A stretch of 64,000 nt of DNA from Eledone cirrhosa (Eukaryota). The notes beneath the pieces are model-generated. The model worked only from the letters and a program-made list of their open reading frames with translations, searched no databases and had not been told where the DNA came from. Shown here in pieces: positions 14,863-29,600 of this stretch. Position numbers and translations under genes: made by a program. Position 1 is the first letter of the stretch. Each line of letters starts with the position of its first letter. Where the stretch lies: positions 348,812,001 to 348,876,000 of the forward strand of contig OZ024742.1 in the NCBI GenBank assembly GCA_964016885.1, read 5' to 3'.

Positions 14863-16420
14863 TTGACACAGTGTAAAGCTCTCTATGTCTCAATATGGCG
14901 ACATTATTGACAATGTAAATCATTCTATGTCTCAATATGGTGACATTATTGACATAGTGTAAAGCACTCTATGTCTCAATATGGCAACATTATTGACAAT
15001 GTAAAGCTCTCTATGTCTCAATATGGCGACATTATTGACAGAGTGTAAAGCTCTCTATGTCTCAATATGGTGATATTATTGACAATGTAAAGCTCTCTAT
15101 GATTCAATATAGCGACATTATTGACACAGTGTAAAGCTCTCTATGTCTCAATATGGCGATATTATTGACACAGTGTAAATCTCTCTATGTCACAATATGG
15201 TGACATTATTGACACAGTATAAAGCTATCTATGTCTCAATATGGCGACATTATTGACACAGTGTAAAGGTCTCTATGTCTCAATATGGCGACTTTTTTCC
15301 TACAGTGTAGAGATCTCTTTGTCTCAATATGGCGACATTATTGACAGTGTAAAGCTCTCTATGTCTCAATATGGCGACATTATTGATACAGTGTAAAGCT
15401 CTCTATGTTTCAATATGGTGACATTATTGACACAGTGTAAAGCTCTCTGTTTCTCAATATGGTGACTTTATTGACACAGTGTAAAGCTCTCTAGGTCTCA
15501 ACATGGTGACATTATTGACAGTGTAAAGCTCTCTATGTCTCAATATGGTGAGATTATTGACACATTTTAAAGCTCTCTATGTCTCAATATGGTGACATTA
15601 TTGACAATGTAAAGCTCTCTATGTCTCAATATGGTGACATTATTGACAGTGTAAAGCTCTCTATGTCTCAATATGGTGACATTATTGACAATGTAAAGCT
15701 CTCTATGTCTCAATATGGTGACATTATTGACAGTGTAAAGCCCTCTATGTCTCAATATGGTGACATTATTGACAGTGTAAAGCTCTCATTGTCTCAATAT
15801 GGCGACATTATTGACAATGTAAAGCTCTCTATGTCTCAATATGGTGACATTATTGACAGCGTAAAGCTCTCTATGTCTCAATATGGCGACATTATTGACA
15901 ATGTAAAGCTCTCTATGTCTCAATATACTGACATTATTGACAGTGTAAAGCTCTCTATGTCTCAATATGGTGACATTATTGACACAGTGTAAAGCTCTCT
16001 ATGTCTCAATATGGCGACATTATTGATACAGTGTAAAGCTCTCTGTCTCAATATGGCGACATTATTGACAATGTAAAGCTTTCTATGTCTCAATATGGCG
16101 ACATTATTGACACAGTGTAAAGCTCTATATGTCTCAATATAGCGACATTATTGACAATATAAAGCTCTCTATGTGTCAATATAGCGCCATTATTGACACA
16201 GTGTAAAGCTCTCTATGTCTCAATATGGCGACATTATTGACAATGTAAATCATTCTATGTCTCAATATGGTGACATTATTGACATAGTGTAAAGCACTCT
16301 ATGTCTCAATATGGCAACATTATTGACAATGTAAAGCTCTCTATGTCTCAATATGGCGACATTATTGACAGAGTGTAAAGCTCTCTATGTCTCAATATGG
16401 CGACATTATTGACGCAGTGT
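14750..16420 (+). repeat. Segmental copy of ~10040-11700 (offset 4712)
   Basis: ttttttcctacag at 10581/15293, atatactgac at 11211/15923, ORF pair 10867/15579. Confidence 0.85.
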
Positions 16421-17239
16421 AAAGCTCTCTATGTCTCAATATGGCGACATTATTGACAATGTAAAGCTCTCTATGTCTCAATATGGCGACATTATTGACA
16501 GAGTGTAAAGCTCTCTATGTCTCAATATGGTGATATTATTGACAGTGTAAAGCTCTCTATGATTCAATATAGCGACATTATTGACACAGTGTAAAGCTCT
16601 CTATGTCTCAATATGGCGATATTATTGACACAGTGTAAATCTCTCTATGTCACAATATGGTGACATTATTGACACAGTATAAAGCTCTCTATGTCTCAAT
16701 ATGGCGACATTATTGACACAGTGTAAAGCTCTCTATGTCTCAATATGGTGACATTATTGACAGTGTAAAGCTCTCTATGTCTCAATATGGCGACATTATT
16801 GACAATGTAAAGCTTTCTATGTCTCAATATGGCGACATTATTGACACAGTGTAAAGCTCTCTATGTCTCAATATAGCGACATTATTGACAATGTAAAGCT
16901 CTCTATGTCTCAATATAGCGCCATTATTGACAATGTAAATCTCTCTATGTCTCAATATAGTGACATTATTGACAATGTAAAGCTCTCTATGTCTCAATAT
17001 AGCGCCATTATTGACAATGTAAAGCTCTCTATGTCTCAATATGGTGACATTATTGTCAGTGTAAAGCTCTCTATGTCTCAATATGGCGACATTATTGACA
17101 GTGTAAAGCTCTCTATGTCTCAATATGGCGACATTATTGACACAGTGTAAAGCTCTCTATATCACAATATGGCGACATTATTGACAATGTAAAGCTCTCT
17201 ATGTCTCAATATGGCGACATTATTGACACAGTGTAAAGC

Positions 17240-20200
17240 TCTCTATGTCTCAATATGGCGCCATTATTGACAATGTAAATCATTCTATGTCTCAATATGG
17301 TGACATTATTGACATAGTGTAAAGCACTCTATGTCTCAATATGGCAACATTATTGACAATGTAATGCTCTCTCTGTCTCAATATGTTGATATTATTGACA
17401 GTGTAAAGCTCTCTATAATTCATTATAGCGACATTATTGACACAGTGTAAAGCTCTCTATGTCTCAATATGGCGATATTATTGACACAGTGTAAATCTCT
17501 CTATGTCTCAATATGGTGACATTATTGACACAGTGTAAAGCTCTCTATGTCTAAATATGGCGACATTATTGACACAGTGTAAAGCTCTCTATGCCTCAAT
17601 ATGGCGACCTTTTTGCTACAGTGTAGAGCTCTCTTTGTCTCAATATGTCGACATTATTGACAGTGTAAAGCTCTCTATGTCTCAATATGGCGACATTATT
17701 GATACAGTGTAGAGCTCTCTATGTCTCAATATGGTGACATTATTGACACAGTGTAAAGCTCTCTATTTCTCAATATGGTGACATTATTGACAATGTAAAG
17801 ATCTCTATGTCTCAATATGGTGACATTATTGACAGTGTAAAGCTCTTTATGTCTCAATATGGTGACATTATTGACACATTTTAAAGCTCTCTATGTCTCA
17901 ATATGGTGACATTATTGACAGTGTAATGCTCTCTATGTCTTAATATGGCGACATTATTGACAATGTAAAGTTCTCTATGTCTCAATATGGTGACATTATT
18001 GACAATGTAAAGCTCTCTATGTCTCAATATGGTGATATTATTGACAATGTAAAGCTCTCTATGTCTCAATATGGCGACATTATTGACAATGTAAAGCTCT
18101 CTATGTCTCAATATGGCGACATTATTGACAGTGTAAAGCTCTCTATGTCTCAATATGGTGACATTATTGACACAGTGTAAAGCTCTCAATGTCTCAATAT
18201 AGTAACATTATTGACACAGTGTAAAGCTCTCTAGGACTCAATATGGTGACACTATTGACAATGTAAAGCTCTCTATGTCTCAATATTCTGACATTATTGA
18301 CACATTGTAAAGCGCTCTATGTCTCAATATGGTGACATTATTGACAGTGTAAAGCTCTCATTGTCTCAATATTGCGACATTATTGACAATGTAAAGCTCT
18401 CTATGTCTCAATATAGTGACATTATTGACAGTGTAAAGCTCTCTATGTCTCAATATGCCGACATTATTGACAATGTAAAGCTCTCTATGTCTCAATATGC
18501 TGACATTATTGACAGTGTAGAGCTCTCTATGTCTCAATATGGTGACATTATTGACACAGTGTAAAGCTCTCTATGTCTCAATATGGCGACATTATTGATA
18601 CATTGTAAAGTTTTCTGTCTCAATATGGCGACATTATTGGTACAGTGTAAAGCTTCTATGTCTCAATATGGTGAGATTATTGACACAGTGTAAAGCTCTC
18701 TATGTCTCAATAAGGTGACATTATTGACAATGTAAAGCTCTCTATGTCTCAATATGGTGACATTATTGACAGTGTAAAGCTCTCTATGTCTCAATATGGC
18801 GACATTATTGACAATGTAAAGCTTTCTATGTCTCAATATGGCGACATTATTGACACAGTGTAAAGCTCTCTATGTCTCAATATAGCGACATTATTGACAA
18901 TGTAAAGCTCTCTATGTCTCAATATAGCGCCATTATTGACAATGTAAATCTCTCTATGTCTCAATATAGTGACATTATTGACAATGTAAAGCTCTCTATG
19001 TCTCAATATAGCGCCATTATTGACAATGTAAAGCTTTCTATGTCTCAATATGGTGACATTATTGACAGTGTAAAGCTCTCTATGTCTCAATATGGCGCCA
19101 TTATTGACAATGTAAATCATTCTATGTCTCAATATGGTGACATTATTGACATAGTGTAAAGCACTCTATGTCTCAATATGGCAACATTATTGACAATGTA
19201 AAGCTCTCTCTGTCTCAATATGTTGATATTATTGACAGTGTAAAGCTCTCTATGATTCATTATAGCGACATTATTGACACAGTGTAAAGCTCTCTATGTC
19301 TCAATATGGCGATATTATTGACACAGTGTAAATCTCTCTATGTCTCAATATGGTGACATTATTGACACAGTGTAAAGCTCTCTATGTCTCAATATGGCGA
19401 CATTATTGACACAGTGTAAAGCTCTCTATGTCTCAATATGGCGACCTTTTTGCTACAGTGTAGAGCTCTCTTTGTCTCAATATGGCGACATTATTGACAG
19501 TGTAAAGCTCTCTATGTCTCAATATGGCGACATTATTGATACAGTGTAGAGCTCTCTATGTCTCAATATGGTGACATTATTGACACGGTGTAAAGCTCTC
19601 TATTTCTCAATATGGTGACATTATTGACAATGTAAAGATCTCTATGTCTCAATATGGTGACATTATTGACAGTGTAAAGCTCTTTATGTCTCAATATGGT
19701 GACATTATTGACACATTTTAAAGCTCTCTATGTCTCAATATGGTGACATTATTGACAGTGTAATGCTCTCTATGTCTTAATATGGCGACATTATTGACAA
19801 TGTAAAGTTCTCTATGTCTCAATATGGTGACATTATTGACAATGTAAAGCTCTCTATGTCTCAATATGGTGATATTATTGACAATGTAAAGCTCTCTATG
19901 TCTCAATATGGCGACATTATTGACAATGTAAAGCTCTCTATGTCTCAATATGGCGACATTATTGACAGTGTAAAGCTCTCTATGTCTCAATATGGTGACA
20001 TTATTGACACAGTGTAAAGCTCTCAATGTCTCAATATAGTAACATTATTGACACAGTGTAAAGCTCTCTAGGACTCAATATGGTGACACTATTGACAATG
20101 TAAGCTCTCTATGTCTCAATATTCTGACATTATTGACACATTGTAAAGCGCTCTATGTCTCAATATGGTGACATTATTGACAGTGTAAAGCTCTCATTGT

Positions 20201-20990
20201 CTCAATATTGCGACATTATTGACAATGTAAAGCTCTCTATGTCTCAATATAGTGACATTATTGACAGTGTAAAGCTCTCTATGTCTCAATATGGCGACAT
20301 TATTGACAATGTAAAGCTCTCTATGTCTCAATATGCTGACATTATTGACAGTGTAGAGCTCTCTATGTCTCAATATGGTGACATTATTGACACAGTGTAA
20401 AGCTCTCTATGTCTCAATATGGCGACATTATTGATACATTGTAAAGTTTTCTGTCTCAATATGGCGACATTATTGGTACAGTGTAAAGCTTCTATGTCTC
20501 AATATGGTGAGATTATTGACACAGTGTAAAGCTCTCTATGTCTCAATAAGGTGACATTATTGACAATGTAAAGCTCTCTATGTCTCAATATGGTGACATT
20601 ATTGACAGTGTAAAGCTCTGTATGTCTCAATATGGCGACATTATTGACAATGTAAAGCTCTCTATGTCTCAATATGGTGACATTATTGACAGTGTAAAGC
20701 TCTCTATGTCTCAATATGGCGACATTATTGACAATGTAAAGCTTTCTATGTCTCAATATGGCGACATTATTGACACAGTGTAAAGCTCTCTATGTCTCAA
20801 TATAGCGACATTATTGACAATGTAAAGCTCTCTATGTCTCAATATAGCGCCATTATTGACAATGTAAATCTCTCTATGTCTCAATATAGTGACATTATTG
20901 ACAATGTAAAGCTCTCTATGTCTCAATATAGCGCCATTATTGACAATGTAAAGCTCTCTATGTCTCAATATGGTGACATTATTGACAGTG
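17240..20990 (+). repeat. Tandem duplication, unit ~1837 bp (copies ~17240-19080 and ~19080-20990)
   Basis: ggcgccattattgacaatgtaaatcattct at 17257/19094. ORF pairs 17881/19718 and 18319/20155. Shared private variants attgcgac, gatacattgtaaagttttctg and aataaggtg. Confidence 0.88.
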
Positions 20991-21729
20991 TAATGCTCTC
21001 TATGTCTTAATATGGCGACATTATTGACAATGTAAAGTTCTCTATGTCTCAATATGGTGACATTATTGACAATGTAAAGCTCTCTATGTCTCAATATGGT
21101 GATATTATTGACAATGTAAAGCTCTCTATGTCTCAATATGGCGACATTATTGACAATGTAAAGCTCTCTATGTCTCAATATGGCGACATTATTGACAGTG
21201 TAAAGCTCTCTATGTCTCAATATGGTGACATTATTGACACAGTGTAAAGCTCTCAATGTCTCAATATAGTAACATTATTGACACAGTGTAAAGCTCTCTA
21301 GGACTCAATATGGTGACACTATTGACAATGTAAAGCTCTCTATGTCTCAATATTCTGACATTATTGACACATTGTAAAGCGCTCTATGTCTCAATATGGT
21401 GACATTATTGACAGTGTAAAGCTCTCATTGTCTCAATATGGCGACATTATTGACAATGTAAAGCTCTCTATGTCTCAATATGGTGACATTATTGACAGTG
21501 TAAAGCTCTCTATGTCTCAATATGGCGACATTATTGACAATGTAAAGCTCTCTATGTCTCAATATGGCGACATTATTGACGGTGTAAAGCTCTCTATGTC
21601 TCAATATGGTGACATTATTGACACAGTGTAAAGCTCTCAATGTCTCAATATAGTAATATTATTGACACAGTGTAAAGCTCTCTAGTACTCAATATGGTGA
21701 CACTATTGACAATGTAAATCTCTCTATGT

Positions 21730-22660
21730 CTCAATATGGCGACATTATTGACAATGTAAAGCTCTCTATGTCTCAACATGGCGACATTATTGACAATGTA
21801 AAGCTCTCTATGTCTCAATATGGTGACATTATTGACAGTGTAAAGCTCTCTATGTCTCAATATGGCGACATTATTGACAATGTAAAGCTTTCTATGTCTC
21901 AATATGGCGACATTATTGACACAGTGTAAAGCTCTCTATTTCTCAATATGGTGACATTATTGACAATGTAAAGATCTCTATGTCTCAATATGGTGACATT
22001 ATTGACAGTGTAAAGCTCTTTATGTCTCAATATGGTGACATTATTGACACATTTTAAAGCTCTCTATGTCTCAATATGGTGACATTATTGACAGTGTAAT
22101 GCTCTCTATGTCTTAATATGGCGACATTATTGACAATGTAAAGTTCTCTATGTCTCAATATGGTGACATTATTGACAATGTAAAGCTCTCTATGTCTCAA
22201 TATGGTGATATTATTGACAATGTAAAGCTCTCTATGTCTCAATATGGCGACATTATTGACAATGTAAAGCTCTCTATGTCTCAACATGGCGACATTATTG
22301 ACAATGTAAAGCTCTCTATGTCTCAATATGGTGACATTATTGACAGTGTAAAGCTCTCTATGTCTCAATATGGCGACATTATTGACAATGTAAAGCTTTC
22401 TATGTCTCAATATGGCGACATTATTGACACAGTGTAAAGCTCTCTATTTCTCAATATGGTGACATTATTGACAATGTAAAGATCTCTATGTCTCAATATG
22501 GTGACATTATTGACAGTGTAAAGCTCTTTATGTCTCAATATGGTGACATTATTGACACATTTTAAAGCTCTCTATGTCTCAATATGGTGACATTATTGAC
22601 AGTGTAATGCTCTCTATGTCTTAATATGGCGACATTATTGACAATGTAAAGCTCTCTATG
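21730..22660 (+). repeat. Short tandem duplication, 508-bp unit (10x42 + 2x44)
   Basis: tcaacatggc at 21773/22281 and atttctc at 21938/22446, with the following variants (aagatct, ctcttta, cacatttt, aatgctc) in the same order. Confidence 0.85.
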
Positions 22661-22859
22661 TCTCAATATGCTGACATTATTGACAGTGTAGAGCTCTCTA
22701 TGTCTCAATATGGTGACATTATTGACACAGTGTAAAACTCTCTATGTCTCAATATGGCGACATTATTGACAATGTAAAGCTCTCTATGTCTCAATATGCT
22801 GACATTATTGACAGTGTAGAGCTCTCTATGTCTCAATATGATGACATTAGTGACACAGT

Positions 22860-25100
22860 GTAAAGCTCTCAATGTCTCAATATAGTAACATTATTGACAC
22901 AGTGTAAAGCTCTCTAGGACTCAATATGGTGACACTATTGACAATGTAAAGCTCTCTATGTCTCAATATTCTGACATTATTGACACATTGTAAAGCGCTC
23001 TATGTCTCAATATGGTGACATTATTGACAGTGTAAAGCTCTCATTGTCTCAATATTGCGACATTATTGACAATGTAAAGCTCTCTATGTCTCAATATAGT
23101 GACATTATTGACAGTGTAAAGCTCTCTATGTCTCAATATGGCGACATTATTGACAATGTAAAGCTCTCTATGTCTCAATATGCTGACATTATTGACAGTG
23201 TAGAGCTCTCTATGTCTCAATATGGTGACATTATTGACACAGTGTAAAGCTCTCTATGTCTCAATATGGCGACATTATTGATACATTGTAAAGTTTTCTG
23301 TCTCAATATGGCGACATTATTGGTACAGTGTAAAGCTTCTATGTCTCAATATGGTGAGATTATTGACACAGTGTAAAGCTCTCTATGTCTCAATAAGGTG
23401 ACATTATTGACAATGTAAAGCTCTCTATGTCTCAATATGGTGACATTATTGACAGTGTAAAGCTCTGTATGTCTCAATATGGCGACATTATTGACAATGT
23501 AAAGCTCTCTATGTCTCAATATGGTGACATTATTGACAGTGTAAAGCTCTCTATGTCTCAATATGGCGACATTATTGACAATGTAAAGCTTTCTATGTCT
23601 CAATATGGCGACATTATTGACACAGTGTAAAGCTCTCTATGTCTCAATATAGCGACATTATTGACAATGTAAAGCTCTCTATGTCTCAATATAGCGCCAT
23701 TATTGACAATGTAAATCTCTCTATGTCTCAATATAGTGACATTATTGACAATGTAAAGCTCTCTATGTCTCAATATAGCGCCATTATTGACAATGTAAAG
23801 CTTTCTATGTCTCAATATGGTGACATTATTGACAGTGTAAAGCTCTCTATGTCTCAATATGGCGACATTATTGACAGTTTAAAGCTCTCTATGTCTCAAT
23901 ATGGCGACATTATTGACACAGTGTAAAGCTCTCTATATCACAATATGGCGACATTATTGACAAAGTAAAGCTCTCTATGTCTCAATATGGCGACATTATT
24001 GACACAGTGTAAAGCTCTCTATGTCTCAATATGGCGCCATTATTGACAATGTAAATCATTCTATGTCTCAATATGGTGACATTATTGACATAGTGTAAAG
24101 CACTCTATGTCTCAATATGGCAACATTATTGACAATGTAAAGCTCTCTCTGTCTCAATATGTTGATATTATTGACAGTGTAAAGCTCTCTATGATTCATT
24201 ATAGCGACATTATTGACACAGTGTAAAGCTCTCTATGTCTCAATATGGCGATATTATTGACACAGTGTAAATCTCTCTATGTCTCAATATGGTGACATTA
24301 TTGACACAGTGTAAAGCTCTCTATGTCTCAATATGGCGACATTATTGACACAGTGTAAAGCTCTCTATGTCTCAATATGGCGTCCTTTTTGCTACAGTGT
24401 AGAGCTCTCTTTGTCTCAATATGGCGACATTATTGACAGTGTAAAGCTCTCTATGTCTCAATATGGCGACATTATTGATACAGTGTAGAGCTCTCTATGT
24501 CTCAATATGGTGACATTATTGACACAGTGTAAAGCTCTCTATTTCTCAATATGGTGACATTATTGACAATGTAAAGATCTCTATGTCTCAATATGGTGAC
24601 ATTATTGACAGTGTAAAGCTCTTTATGTCTCAATATGGTGATATTATTGACACATTTTAAAGCTCTCTATGTCTCAATATGGTGACATTATTGACAGTGT
24701 AATGCTCTCTATGTCTTAATATGGCGACATTATTGACAATGTAAAGTTCTCTATGTCTCAATATGGTGACATTATTGACAATGTAAAGCTCTCTATGTCT
24801 CAATATGGTGATATTATTGACAATGTAAAGCTCTCTATGTCTCAATATGGCGACATTATTGACAATGTAAAGCTCTCTATGTCTCAATATGGCGACATTA
24901 TTGACAGTGTAAAGCTCTCTATGTCTCAATATGGTGACATTATTGACACAGTGTAAAGCTCTCAATGTCTCAATATAGTAACATTATTGACACAGTGTAA
25001 AGCTCTCTAGGACTCAATATGGTGACACTATTGACAATGTAAAGCTCTCTATGTCTCAATATTCTGACATTATTGACACATTGTAAAGCGCTCTATGTCT
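22860..25100 (+). repeat. Composite copy: ~22860-23840 matches ~20020-20990 (offset 2847); ~23780-25100 matches ~17000-18330 (offset 6776)
   Basis: Identical ORF translations at 20155/23002, 20499/23346 and 17881/24657. Confidence 0.8.
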
Positions 25101-26607
25101 CAATATGGTGACATTATTGACAGTGTAGAGCTCTCTATGTCTCAATATGGTGACATTATTGACAATGTAAAGCGCTCTATGTCTCAATATGGTGACATTA
25201 TTGACAGTGTAAAGCTCTCTATGTCTCAATATGGCGACATTATTGATACATTGTAAAGTTTTCTGTCTCAATATGGCGACATTATTGGTACAGTGTAAAG
25301 CTTCTATGTCTCAATATGGTGAGATTATTGACACAGTGTAAAGCTCTCTATGTCTCAATAAGGTGACATTATTGACAATGTAAAGCTCTCTATGTCTCAA
25401 TATGGTGACATTATTGACAGTGTAAAGCTCTGTATGTCTCAATATGGCGACATTATTGACAATGTAAAGCTCTCTATGTCTCAATATGGTGACATTGTTG
25501 ACAGTGTAAAGCTCTCTATGTCTCAATATGGTGACAGTATTGACAATGTAAAGCTCTCTATGTCTCAATATGGTGACATTATTGACACAGTGTAAAGCTC
25601 TCAATGTCACAATATAGTAACATTATTGATACAGTGTAAAGCTCTCTAGGACTCAATATGGTGACATTATTGACAATGTAAAGCTCTCTATGTCTCAATA
25701 TTCTGACATTATTGACACATTGTAAAGCGCTCTATGTATCAATATGGTGACATTATTGACAGTGTAAAGCCCTCTATGTGTCAATATGGTGACATTATTG
25801 ACAGTGTAAAGCTCTCATTGTCTCATTATGGCGATATTATTGACAATGTAAAGCTCTCTATGTCTCAATATTCTGATATTATTGACACAATGTAAAGCGC
25901 TCTATGTCTCAATATGGTGACATCATTGACAGTGTAAAGTTCTCTGTCTCAATATGGCGACATTATTGGTACAGTGTAAAGCTTCTATGTCTCAATATGA
26001 TGAGATTATTGACACAGTGTAAAGCTCTCTATGTCTCAATATGGTGACATTATTGACAATGTAAAGCTCTCTATGTCTCAATATGGCGACATTATTGATA
26101 CAGTGTAAAGCTCTCTATGTCTCAATATGGCGACATTATTGATACAGTGTAAAGCTCTCTATGTCTCAATATGGTGATATTATTGACAAAGTAAAGCCCT
26201 CTATGTCTCAATATGGTGACATTATTGACAATGTAAAGCTCTCTATGTCTCAATATGGTGACATTATTGACACAGTGTAAAGCTCTCAATGTCACAATAT
26301 AGTAACATTATTGACACAGTGTAAAGCTCTCTAGGACTCAATATGGTGACATTATTGACAATGTAAAGCTCTCTATGTCTCAATATTCTGACATTATTGA
26401 CACATTGTAAAGCGCTCTATGTCTCAATATGGTGACATCATTGACAGTGTAAAGCTCTGTATGTCTCAATATGGTGACATTATTGACAATGTAAAGCTGT
26501 CTATGTCTCAATATGGTGACATTATTGACAGTGTAAAGCCCTCTATGTCTCAATATCGTGACATTATTGACAGTGTAAAGCTCTCATTGTCTCAATATGG
26601 CGACATT

Positions 26608-29600
26608 ATTGACAATGTAAAGCTCTCTATGTCTCAATATTCTGACATTATTGACACATTGTAAAGCGCTCTATGTCTCAATATGGTGACATCATTGACA
26701 GTGTAACGCTCTGTATGTCTCAATATGGTGACATTATTGACAATGTAAAGCTCTCTATGTCTTAATATGGTGACATTATTGACAGTGTAAAGCTCTCTAT
26801 GTCTCAATATGGTGACATTATTGACACAGTGTAAAGCTCTCAATGTCTCAATATAGTAACATTATTGACACAGTGTAAAGCTCTCTAGGACTCAATATGG
26901 TGACATTATTGACAATGTAAAGCTCTCTATGTCTCAATATTCTGACATTATTGACACATTGTAAAGCGCTCTATGTCTCAATATGGTGACATTATTGACA
27001 GTGTAAAGCTCTCTATGTCTCAATATGGCGACATTATTGACAATGTAAAGCTCTCTATGTCTCAATATGCTGACATTATTGACAGTGTAAAGCTCTCTAT
27101 GTCTCAATATGGTGACATTATTGACACAGTGTAAAGCTCTCTATGTTTCAATACGGCGACATTATTGATACAGTGTAAAGCTATCTGTCTCAATATGGTG
27201 ACATTATTGGTACAGTGTAAAGCTTCTATGTCTCAATATGGTGAGATTATTGACACAGTGTAAAACACTCTATGTCTCAATATGGTGACATTATTGACAA
27301 TGTAAAGCTCTCTATGTCTCAATATGGTCACATTATTGACAGTGTAAAGCTCTATATGTCTCAATATGGCGACATTATTAACAATGTAAAGCTCTCTATG
27401 TCTCAATATGGTGACATTATTGACAGTGTAAAGCTCTCTATGTCTCAATATGGTGACGTTATTGACACATTGTAAAGCTTTCTATGTCTCAATATGGTGA
27501 CATTATTGACAGTGTAAAGCTCTCTATGTCTCAATATGGTGGCATTATTGACAGTGCAAAACTCTCTATGTCTCAATATGGCGACATTATTGACAACGTA
27601 AAGCTCTCTATGTGTCAATATGGCGACATTATTGACAACGTAAAGCTCTCTATGTCTCAATATGGCGACATTATTGACAATGTAAAGCTCTCTATGTCTC
27701 AATATGGCGACATTATTGACAACCTAAAGCTCTCTATGTCTCAATATGGTGACATTATTGACACATTGTAAAGCTCTCTAGGTCTCAATATGGTGACATT
27801 ATTGACAGGGTAAAGCTCTCTATGTCTCAATATGGTGACATTATTGACAATGTAAAGCTCTCTATGTCTCAATATGGTGACATTATTGACAATGTAAAGC
27901 TCTCTATGTCTCAATATGGTGATATTATTGACAATGTAAAGCTCTCTATGTCTCAATATGGCGACATTATTGACAAAGTAAAGCTCTCTATGTCTCAATA
28001 TGGCGACATTATTGACAGTGTAAAGCTCTCTATGTCTCAATATGGTGACATTATTGACACAGTGTAAATCTCTCAATGTCTCAGTATAGTAACATTATTG
28101 ACACAGTGTAAAGCTCTCTAGGACTCAATATGGTGACATTATTGACAATGTAAAGCTCTCTATGTCTCAATATTCTGACATTATTGACACATTGTAAAGC
28201 GCTCTATGTCTCAATATGGTGACATCATTGACAGTGTAAAGCTCTGTATGTCTCAATATGGTGACATTATTGACAATGTAAAGCTCTCTATGTCTCAATA
28301 TGGTGACATTATTGACCGTGTAAAGCTATCATTGTCTCAATATGGCGACATTATTGACAATGTAAAGCTCTCTATGTCTCAATATAGTGACATTATTGAC
28401 AGTGTAAAGCTCTCTATGTCTCAATATGGCGACATTATTGATACAGTGTAAAGCTCTCTGTCTCAATATGGCGACATTATTGACAATGTAAAGCTTTCTA
28501 TGTCTCAATATGGCGACATTATTGACACAGTGTAAAGGTCTATATGTCTCAATATAGCGACATTATTGACAATGTAAAGCTCTCTATGTCTCAATATAGT
28601 GACATTATTGACAATGTAAAGCTCTCTATGTCTCAATATAGCGCCATTATTGACAATGTAAAGCTCTCTATGTCTCAATATGGTGACATTATTGACAGTG
28701 TAAAGCTCTCTATGTCTCAATATCGCGACATTATTGACAGTGTAAAGCTCTCTATGTCTCAATATGGCGACATTATTGACACAGTGTAAAGCTCTCTATG
28801 TCTCAATATGGCGACATTATTGACAATGTAAATCATTCTATGTCTCAATATGGTGACATTATTGACATAGTGTAAAGCACTCTATGTCTCAATATGGCAA
28901 CATTATTGACAATGTAAAGCTCTCTATGTCTCAATATGGCGACATTATTGACATAGTGTAAAGCTCTCTATGTCTCAATATGGTGATATTATTGACAGTG
29001 TAATGCTCTCTATGATTCAATATAGCGACATTATTGACACAGTGTAAAGCTCTCTATGATTCAATATGGCGACATTATTGACACAGTGTAAAGCTCTCTA
29101 TGTCTCAATATGGCGACATTTTTGCTACAGTGTAGAGCTCTCTTTGTCTCAATATGGCGACATTATTGACAGTGTAAAACTCTCTATGTCTCAATATGGC
29201 GACATTATTGATACAGTGTAGAGCTCTCTATGTCTCAATATGGTGACATTATTGACACAGTGTAAAGCTCTCTATTTCTCAATATGGTGACATTATTGAC
29301 ACAGTGTAAAGCTCTCTAGGTCTCAACATGGTGACATTATTGACAGTGTAAAGCTCTCTATGTCTCAATATGGTGACATTATTGACACATTTTAAAGCTC
29401 TCTATGTCTCAATATGGTGACACTATTGACAGTGTAAAGCTCTCTATGTCTTAATATGGCGACATTATTGACAATGTAAAGCTCTCTATGTCTCAATATG
29501 GTGACATTATTGACAATTTAAAGCTCTCTATGTCTCAATATGGTGATTTTATTGACAATGTAAAGCTCTCTATGTCTCAATATTCTGACATTATTGACAC

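Noticed and set aside
17395-17419. Perfect sigma70 hexamers TTGACA…TATAAT, with TTGACA present in nearly every monomer
   Set aside because: The spacer is 13 bp here (13-15 bp for the TATGAT variants) against the 16-18 bp needed. The TATAAT is a single point variant, and nothing suggests a bacterial gene context.
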